Shown piece by piece: positions 25,856-32,000 of a stretch of 32,000 bases of DNA (position 1 is its first letter; every line of letters begins with the position of its first letter). Source of the stretch: Caldivirga maquilingensis IC-167 (GTDB lineage Archaea; Thermoproteota; Thermoprotei; Thermoproteales; Thermocladiaceae); NCBI RefSeq assembly GCF_000018305.1, contig NC_009954.1, forward strand, positions 1,590,001 to 1,622,000. The letters are read 5' to 3'. The notes beneath the pieces were generated by a model, which saw only the letters and a program-made list of their open reading frames with translations, was not told the DNA's origin and searched no databases. The position numbers and the translations under genes are program-made.

Positions 25856-27622
25856 GTGGAGAATGCTGTTAGGGATTTAGCCCTTAAGCATGCATTAATT
25901 AATGCAGTTAAGTTCAACGGTAAGGCTGATGTTAAGGCAGTTGTAAGTAAAATCTTCGCCGATAACCCTGAATTAAGAGGTAATGCAAAACAGGTAGTGG
26001 AGGTGGTTAAGGAGGTGGTTAACTACGTTAACTCACTGACGTTGGATGAACAGAGGAGGATACTTGAGGAGAAGTGGCCTGAGGCCCTCGGCGCCAGGAG
26101 AACTGTTGAGGAGAAGAGGGGGGATATTGAGTCCCTACCTGAATTACCTGATGCTGATAAGTTAAGTAAATTAACGTTTAGGTTCGCCCCAAACCCAGAC
26201 TTCTACCTGCACCTGGGTAGTGCTAGACCAGCCATAGTTAATTACGCCTATAAGCTTAAGTACGCTAATAAGGGTAAGGACTCGAGATTCATCCTTAGGT
26301 TCGAGGACACTGACCCCAGGATAAAGAGGCCGTTATTAGATGCATATGATGCCATTAGGGAGGATTTAAGGTGGCTTGGGGTTAAGTGGGATGAGGAGTA
26401 TATTCAATCAGATAGAATGAGCATATACTATGAGTACGCCAGGAAGTTAATTGAAAATGGTGGCGCATACGTGGTTGCTAAGGGCAGTGGCTGTGAACCT
26501 GATGATTGGAAGAGGCTTAAGATTGAGGGTAAGCCATGCCTAACCAGGGAGGCTGAATCATCCAGGAACCTTGAGTTATTCGATAAGATGCTTGAGGGTG
26601 CGTTTAATGAGGGTGAGGCCATTGTGGCTGTTAAAACCGATTTAAGTAGCCCAGACCCAAGTATTAGGGATTGGGTAGCCTTCAGGGTAATAGATGCTCA
26701 TAAGTACCCTCACCCAAGGGTTGGGGATAAGTACATTGTCTGGCCTACATACAACTTCGCCGTGGCTATTGATGACCACTTAATGGGCATAACCCACGTG
26801 CTTAGGGCCCAGGAGCATAGGGTTAATACCGTTAAGCAGTACTACGTGTTTAAGGCCTTTGGCTGGGAGCAACCATACACAATACACTTCGGTAGACTTA
26901 AGATAGAGGGCTTGAAGCTGAGTAAGAGTATTTTAAAGAAACTTAACTTAACTAAGGATGACGTAACATTACCAACACTGGCCGGTTTAAGGAATAGGGG
27001 GATTACCCCTGAGGCAATATGGAGTCTAATACTATTCGTGGGTATTAAGGAGACTGATGCTACAATAAGCCTAAAGAACCTTTACGCCTATAATAGGCGT
27101 GTAATAGAGCCGTTAGCCAATAGGTATATGTTTGTTAAGAACCCGGTTAAGCTTAGGCTTAGGGGTGTGGGTGATTTAATTGAGGCTAAAATACCCATGC
27201 ACCCCTCATACCCTGAAAGGGGGATTAGGGTAATCAAGATTACTGGCGAGGGGGGTTACGCCAATGTTTACGTTCAGGCCAGTGACGTTAAGCCTGGACT
27301 GGTGGTGAGATTAATGGGGCTGGGTAACGTCAAGGTGATTAACGTTAGTGGTAATGAGGCTGAGGCTGACTTCATAGGCCAGAGCGTGGAGGATGCTAGG
27401 AGAAGTGAGGCACCAATAGTGCAGTGGGCGCCTCCAGATGCCGTTAATGCTGAGGTAATAATCCCGGTTAATGTTGGTCAAGTAACCGTGGATAATGGTC
27501 TTGCTGAACCAGCTGTGGCTAAACTGGAGCAGGGTACGGTAATGCAGTTCATAAGGTACGGTTTCGTTAAACTCATGGGAAGCAGTAATGGTAAATTAAG
27601 GCTAGTTTACATACATGATTAA
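25856..27622 (+). CDS. gltX: Glutamyl-tRNA synthetase (archaeal type)
   Basis: Class I signatures: [15 protein letters not shown] (HIGH-type) and LKLSKS (KMSKS-type), plus [16 protein letters not shown] start. 588 aa. Confidence 0.9.
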   Translation: MENAVRDLALKHALINAVKFNGKADVKAVVSKIFADNPELRGNAKQVVEVVKEVVNYVNSLTLDEQRRILEEKWPEALGARRTVEEKRGDIESLPELPDADKLSKLTFRFAPNPDFYLHLGSARPAIVNYAYKLKYANKGKDSRFILRFEDTDPRIKRPLLDAYDAIREDLRWLGVKWDEEYIQSDRMSIYYEYARKLIENGGAYVVAKGSGCEPDDWKRLKIEGKPCLTREAESSRNLELFDKMLEGAFNEGEAIVAVKTDLSSPDPSIRDWVAFRVIDAHKYPHPRVGDKYIVWPTYNFAVAIDDHLMGITHVLRAQEHRVNTVKQYYVFKAFGWEQPYTIHFGRLKIEGLKLSKSILKKLNLTKDDVTLPTLAGLRNRGITPEAIWSLILFVGIKETDATISLKNLYAYNRRVIEPLANRYMFVKNPVKLRLRGVGDLIEAKIPMHPSYPERGIRVIKITGEGGYANVYVQASDVKPGLVVRLMGLGNVKVINVSGNEAEADFIGQSVEDARRSEAPIVQWAPPDAVNAEVIIPVNVGQVTVDNGLAEPAVAKLEQGTVMQFIRYGFVKLMGSSNGKLRLVYIHD

Positions 27623-27660
27623 TAACCCCTGGAGTAATCATTACTTAACGCGTAATCATG

Positions 27661-28134
27661 CTACTGCTCCTGCCCCTTAATTACCTTAACATGATGCCTA
27701 GTCTTAACCATAAACCCCCTATCCACGGTTTTAGCCTCTTCAGGCATTATTAGAAGCCTACCCACACCCACTACGTTGCCTTCCTCATCAATAATGGCTG
27801 CATCCATGTTTTGAACAACATTCCTAACCTCAATAACCCCCTTAACTGGAACACTCCTACCCTGCTTAACGTACTGGGCTGTTTCATCATTAACCTTAAT
27901 CCATGAATCCAATAATGATGCCCCGTAGAGGGTTGGTATTAGTAATCCATCACTAGCCCTAATGCTGAAGGCTACCTTACCATTAACGTAAACATGCTTA
28001 ATCCTCCTTAAGGCATCATAGTACTCAACCTCAATATTCATGCCACTTAACCTACTGGCAACCCCCCATCCATACACGTAGGCTATTATTGCGAGAGCCC
28101 TATTAACCAGGAACCTGCTTCTAGTCCTAACCAC
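27661..28134 (-). CDS. PUA-domain RNA-binding protein
   Basis: C-terminal PUA-like pattern VKVNDETAQYVKQGRSVPVKGV...MDAAIIDEEGNVVGVGRLLIMPEE. The exact family is not resolved. Confidence 0.55.
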   Translation of the reverse strand: MVRTRSRFLVNRALAIIAYVYGWGVASRLSGMNIEVEYYDALRRIKHVYVNGKVAFSIRASDGLLIPTLYGASLLDSWIKVNDETAQYVKQGRSVPVKGVIEVRNVVQNMDAAIIDEEGNVVGVGRLLIMPEEAKTVDRGFMVKTRHHVKVIKGQEQ

Positions 28135-28182
28135 AGGGCCGCTTAAACCATGAGTATTTAATACTTCCCCAATGCCTAAATC

Positions 28183-28506
28183 CTACATGAACCGGGTTAA
28201 ATCACTCCTCCTACTACCCTTAACTATAGCTTCATAGAGCCTACCCGCAAGCTCAATCCACTTTAACTCATCCTTAATGGCCCATGATACTATTAGTGAA
28301 TTATACTCACTCAGCATTTTAAGGAAGTCAACCCAATCAATACCCTGAGCCCTCAACTCCCCCTTCCAGGAGTTCCAAAGGTACTTGGCTAACTCATTAC
28401 CGAACCATATGGCGAAGTTACCGCAACCAGGTCCACTGCAGGTGCTCATTCTCTTCTTAATCCTATCCTTAATATCAAGTGGCTCAGGGGGTATATTCTC
28501 AGTCAC
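28183..28506 (-). CDS. Hypothetical protein (107 aa)
   Basis: ORF with plausible composition, sitting in a gap between flanking genes. No motif recognised apart from a CSGPGCG cluster. Confidence 0.4.
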   Translation of the reverse strand: MTENIPPEPLDIKDRIKKRMSTCSGPGCGNFAIWFGNELAKYLWNSWKGELRAQGIDWVDFLKMLSEYNSLIVSWAIKDELKWIELAGRLYEAIVKGSRRSDLTRFM

Positions 28507-28590
28507 GATTAATAATACCTTACCCTGGTAATAAATCTATGGTTTAAGTAGTGTGTTATGTTTATTTAGGATTACTGAATTAGTAACCAC

Positions 28591-29229
28591 GTGGAGTTGA
28601 ATGAGTTTGAGAAGGCCAGGAGAAGGCTTGTTGATGATCTTAAGGCCGACGGCATCATAGTCAGTAGGGAGGTTGAGGAGGCGATGTTAAGTGTACCAAG
28701 GCACTTATTCGTACCCAATTACATTAGGCATTACGCCTACCAGGACACACCATTAACCATAATGAGGGGGCAGACGATAAGCGCCCCCCATATGGTTGCA
28801 ATAATGTGTGAATTAATTAAACCCAGGAGAGGCATGAGGATTCTTGAGGTTGGTGCTGGAACCGGTTACCAAGCCTGCGTATGCGCTAGGGCTATTGGTG
28901 ATGGTGTCGTTTATAGTGTTGAAATAGACCCATACATTGCCTTATACGCAACCGTGAATATTATTCACGCCGGCTTCAGTGGTATGGTTAAGGTGTATCA
29001 GGGTGATGGTAAACTTGGGTTACCTAAACACGCACCCTTTGATGCAGTGTTGGTTACAGCCGCAGCATCCACTGTGCCTCAACCCCTCCTGGATCAATTA
29101 ACCATGGGTGGTGTATTGGTTATACCGCTTAAGGAGGATGGTTACCAGAAGCTTTACGTAATTGAGAAGGGTAAGGAGGGGTTTAGGAAGAGATTTATAA
29201 CCTACGTATCCTTCGTTGACCTAAGATGA
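28591..29229 (+). CDS. pcm: Protein-L-isoaspartate O-methyltransferase
   Basis: TISAPHMVA motif and SAM-binding ILEVGAGTGYQA. 212 aa. GTG start. Confidence 0.9.
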   Translation: MELNEFEKARRRLVDDLKADGIIVSREVEEAMLSVPRHLFVPNYIRHYAYQDTPLTIMRGQTISAPHMVAIMCELIKPRRGMRILEVGAGTGYQACVCARAIGDGVVYSVEIDPYIALYATVNIIHAGFSGMVKVYQGDGKLGLPKHAPFDAVLVTAAASTVPQPLLDQLTMGGVLVIPLKEDGYQKLYVIEKGKEGFRKRFITYVSFVDLR

Positions 29230-30425
29230 GTAAGTTAAAGGTTCCAAGCGGCTTCATGATTGGTGCAGCGTTATCAGCCTACCAGGTGGAGGGGAATAAT
29301 GTTAACGCCGACTGGTGGCATTACGAGGGGGAGAGGTTACCTAGGAGTGGTTCAGCGTGTGACTTCTGGAATAGGTATAGGGGTGATATTGAGTTAGCTG
29401 CCTCACTTGGATTAAAGGCGCTTAGAATATCCATAGCCTGGGATAGAGTCATGCCCAGTGAGGGTAAGGTTGATGATGAGTCAATGGATAGGTACGTGGA
29501 TATGATTAAGGAGATTAGGGGCCATGGTATGGAACCCGTAGTAACCCTCCACCACTTCGTTAATCCAATGTGGTTCGCAACAAGGGGTGGTTGGGTTAAG
29601 GAGGATAATGTGAAGTACTTCCTGGACTTCGTTAAGTATGTTGCTGATTCAGTGGGTGATAGGGTTAGGTTCTGGTTAACCATTAATGAAATCAACCTAT
29701 ACCCAATACTAGCATACCTACTGGGTGTCTTCCCACCCTTCATAATGAACATGGAGTACATGTGGAAGGCCTTGATGAATCTACTTAAAGCCAGTGATAA
29801 GGCCTATGAATTAATCAAGAAGCCGAGTAATCAAGTTGGGTTAATAATACACATTATGCCTGCTAGGCCGGCTTCAAGAATATCCATAACGGATTGGGGA
29901 TTAGCCATGGGTATGAATTACGTGTTAAACAAGATGATAGTGAACACTCTAGCTAAGGGCAGGTTACCTAATTGGCTTGGTGGCGGGGAGGTTGGTAAAC
30001 TGGATTACGTTGGGTTAAACTACTACACTGTGGCTAAGGTTAAGTTTAATCCATTAACCATGGGTGAATTAGTGACCTCTAGGCAGAGTCAAAGGGGTTG
30101 GGTTATTAACCCAGGTGGCTTGAAATGGGCTATTAGGCTGGTTAGGAGAATAGGGAAGCCAATAATGATTACTGAGAACGGCATAGCCACGGATAATGAT
30201 GAGGACAGGATAAGCTTCATTGAGAAGCACTTGGCAATAGCAATTAAGGAGAAGGTACTGGGTTACCTATACTGGAGTCTCCTTGATAACTACGAGTGGG
30301 AAATGGGCTATAATGCTAAGTTTGGTTTAATTGAATGCGACCCAGTGACCTTAACCAGGAGGCCTAGGGGAAGCGCCTACTTCCTAGGTAAATTAGCCAG
30401 CGGTAACCCAATTACCTTGCATTAA
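29226..30425 (+). CDS. Glycoside hydrolase family 1 (beta-glycosidase), short form
   Basis: Nucleophile motif ITENG, acid/base region LTINEI, and WSLLDNYEWEMGYNAKFGL. 399 aa. ATGA overlap with pcm. Confidence 0.85.
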   Translation: MSKLKVPSGFMIGAALSAYQVEGNNVNADWWHYEGERLPRSGSACDFWNRYRGDIELAASLGLKALRISIAWDRVMPSEGKVDDESMDRYVDMIKEIRGHGMEPVVTLHHFVNPMWFATRGGWVKEDNVKYFLDFVKYVADSVGDRVRFWLTINEINLYPILAYLLGVFPPFIMNMEYMWKALMNLLKASDKAYELIKKPSNQVGLIIHIMPARPASRISITDWGLAMGMNYVLNKMIVNTLAKGRLPNWLGGGEVGKLDYVGLNYYTVAKVKFNPLTMGELVTSRQSQRGWVINPGGLKWAIRLVRRIGKPIMITENGIATDNDEDRISFIEKHLAIAIKEKVLGYLYWSLLDNYEWEMGYNAKFGLIECDPVTLTRRPRGSAYFLGKLASGNPITLH

Positions 30426-30441
30426 TCCAGTCGTAATGGGG

Positions 30442-30636
30442 TTAAGCTATTACGCGGATTAACTCAGCCTCAGTGGATTCACCAAGGTAAGTATTCACTG
30501 AAACCTCCTTATCACTTATCCTCTTAGCAATGAATTCAACACCATTAGCCTTAAGCACCGCGGCGCACCAATCCGGGCTGGGTTCAATGAGGTAGACCTT
30601 AGGCCTATTGCCCCTTCTCAGCCTCCACATTACCAA
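30442..30636 (-). CDS. Small hypothetical protein (64 aa), doubtful
   Basis: ORF lies immediately downstream of rpoL and overlaps its 3' end by 32 nt. No motif recognised. Confidence 0.3.
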   Translation of the reverse strand: MVMWRLRRGNRPKVYLIEPSPDWCAAVLKANGVEFIAKRISDKEVSVNTYLGESTEAELIRVIA

Positions 30637-30919
30637 CCCCCAGTTGAGGCATTAACTTACCCTCCAATTCCCCTATATCATTAAGTATCCTGTTAACAGC
30701 ATCCTCAAGCACCTTAAGTGGATCCTTACCCTTAGTCCTAAGTTTAAGAGTAATATTCCTAAGCAGTGGGTGATCCATATCAAACGTCGCGAATTCAACC
30801 TCAGGATCCTGTAGAATATAGGTTAAGAGTGGTGACATGACTGTGTAATCCTCACCCTCAACAGTAACCTCCATGTAATCACCACTCAACTTAATGCTCT
30901 TAACCTTAATCCTAGGCAT
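30605..30919 (-). CDS. rpoL: DNA-directed RNA polymerase subunit L (Rpo11)
   Basis: GEDYTVMSPLLTYILQDPEVEFATFDMDHPLL matches the RpoL/Rpb11 core (ghT..n.l...L...p.V.fa.y...HPl). TATA-like TTTTATAAA lies about 25-30 nt upstream on the minus strand (30942-30951). Confidence 0.85.
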   Translation of the reverse strand: MPRIKVKSIKLSGDYMEVTVEGEDYTVMSPLLTYILQDPEVEFATFDMDHPLLRNITLKLRTKGKDPLKVLEDAVNRILNDIGELEGKLMPQLGVGNVEAEKGQ

Positions 30920-31141
30920 TACACCCTCCCTCAGGTAAACCCTTTATAAAACTGCACTTAAACATTACCTTGAAGTAACCGTTAAGTGGGTCTTGAATCA
31001 TTGTGAATCCTAGAATAATTCCAGCCGACCCATTCATAACCAGCACCCCTCGTTACTTAACGAGAATTTCTTTAACTCACTCATTCACTTACGTTAAACC
31101 TAGATATAGCACCGTAACCCCTGGTGTTAATAATGGAGTTC

Positions 31142-32000
31142 TCATGTATTAAATGGAGTCCGATAATTCTGTCTCCTAGCCTTATACTCCTCTAAATCCT
31201 TCTTAACCCTCTCATACGTAAACTTACTTACCCTACCCTCTCTATAAGCCTCCTCAATTACACGTGTACTCTTCTCCTCAAGCCTATTAATTATCGGTAT
31301 CCTAATCCCCCTCTCCCTGGCAACCATTAATGACTTGGGGTAGCCGGCATGAGCATGCCTAACAACACCGGAACCTGGATCAACAGTAAACACCCTGAGC
31401 GCCTTCTCCTCAGCTAATTCACTGCCATCAACAACCATACCGAAACCAGCGTGTATTGAGAAGCCAATACCGACTCCACCACCGTGGTGGAAGCATGTCC
31501 AGGTTGCCCCTGCTGCAGTGTTTAATGCGTAGTTGAGTATTGGCCAGTCACCAATTGCATCGGAGCCATCAAGCATGCCTTCAGTCTCCCTGAAGGGTGA
31601 TGCCACAGAGCCACTGTCTAAGTGGTCTCTACCAAACCATATGGGTCCATGTAATTCACCCTTCCTAACAAGCTCACTAACCACTTTACCGAATAATGCC
31701 CTCTCACCATAGCCTAAATAAACAACCCTGGCTGGTAACCCCTGGAACTTAACATATTGATGAGCCGCCTTAATCCACCTAATCAATTTACTGTTTCTTT
31801 CAAATAAGGTTAATAACACGTCATCCAGTTTATAAATATCATTAGGATCACCCACCAGGCTAGTCCACCTAAATGGGCCACGTCCCTCCTCAAATAAGGG
31901 CCTCATGTACTCCATTTGGCCAGGTATCTTGAATGCATCATTGACGCCAGCATCATAAGCCTGCTTTCTTAAATTATTACCGTACTCAAAGGTCACGGAA
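31142..32000 (-). CDS. hutU: Urocanate hydratase, C-terminal part (gene continues beyond the right edge)
   Basis: [20 protein letters not shown] and [16 protein letters not shown] are urocanase signatures. The frame is open to the window end, so the M at 31996 is probably internal. Confidence 0.85.
   Translation of the reverse strand, partial: SVTFEYGNNLRKQAYDAGVNDAFKIPGQMEYMRPLFEEGRGPFRWTSLVGDPNDIYKLDDVLLTLFERNSKLIRWIKAAHQYVKFQGLPARVVYLGYGERALFGKVVSELVRKGELHGPIWFGRDHLDSGSVASPFRETEGMLDGSDAIGDWPILNYALNTAAGATWTCFHHGGGVGIGFSIHAGFGMVVDGSELAEEKALRVFTVDPGSGVVRHAHAGYPKSLMVARERGIRIPIINRLEEKSTRVIEEAYREGRVSKFTYERVKKDLEEYKARRQNYRTPFNT

Noticed and set aside
650-29761. Many 60-145-aa ORFs antisense to, or out of frame within, the long genes (for example 650-865, 1799-2062, 2269-2511, 8303-8578, 8603-8917, 10528-10839, 11618-11992, 13775-14152, 18277-18714, 24619-24969, 29321-29761)
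   Set aside because: They are shadow ORFs inside well-supported genes. Their composition is low-complexity or biased (rich in Ser, Leu or Ile), they have no motifs, and they have no independent promoter spacing.
29226-30425. GH1 enzyme is short (399 aa) and has NEI instead of the usual NEP at the acid/base site
   Set aside because: Short archaeal GH1 variants exist. Both catalytic glutamates (TINE, ITENG) are present, so this is not unusual enough to flag without an alignment.
31050-31065. Small palindrome CTCGTTA-CT-TAACGAG between rpoL and hutU
   Set aside because: The arms are only 7 bp with a 2-nt centre. That is too short to form a meaningful hairpin and is compatible with chance in A/T-rich intergenic DNA.
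1-32000. Search for tRNA, rRNA, transposases, integrases or IS terminal repeats flanking the island
   Set aside because: I saw no GC-rich cloverleaf-like segments, no rRNA-like stretches, no DDE or tyrosine-recombinase motifs, and no direct repeats bracketing 1-22,090. The left boundary lies outside the window, so I make no claim about mobility.

Overview
This looks like an archaeal chromosome segment, probably from a hyperthermophilic crenarchaeon. I infer that from a 25-nt CRISPR repeat ending in GAAAG, A/T-rich TATA-like boxes about 20-30 nt upstream of start codons, and archaeal housekeeping genes; I cannot name the species without a search. Positions 1 to about 22,090 form a composite CRISPR-Cas island, and the rest is ordinary core genome. 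From left to right the island holds: (1) csx1 (CARF-HEPN, with DxTHG and RNxxAH motifs), followed on the same strand by a NurA-like nuclease gene and an overlapping HerA-like ATPase gene; (2) a stand-alone CARF protein; (3) a complete type III-B Cmr module split into two divergent operons, cmr4-cmr5-cmr1-cmr6 on the minus strand and cas10(cmr2)-cmr3 on the plus strand, with Cas10 keeping both the HD and GGDD motifs; (4) a csa3-type CARF-wHTH regulator; (5) a type I-A interference operon (csa5-like, cas7, cas5, cas8a-like, cas3', cas3''); (6) about 850 nt that reads like a decayed cas6; (7) a leader of about 350 nt; (8) a short CRISPR array of 7 good 25-nt repeats plus 1 degenerate terminal repeat. 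The window contains no cas1, cas2 or cas4 and no intact cas6. The core-genome part encodes PPAT, an Sm-like protein, a Dph6-like PP-loop ATPase, aIF2-gamma, a NUDIX hydrolase, GluRS, a PUA protein, Pcm, a GH1 glycosidase, RpoL and a partial urocanase. The best candidate for something new is the NurA/HerA pair inside a cyclic-oligoadenylate signalling neighbourhood (Cas10 GGDD plus three CARF proteins). It may be a type III accessory DNA-processing effector. All family assignments come from motifs I recognised by eye; no database search was possible.
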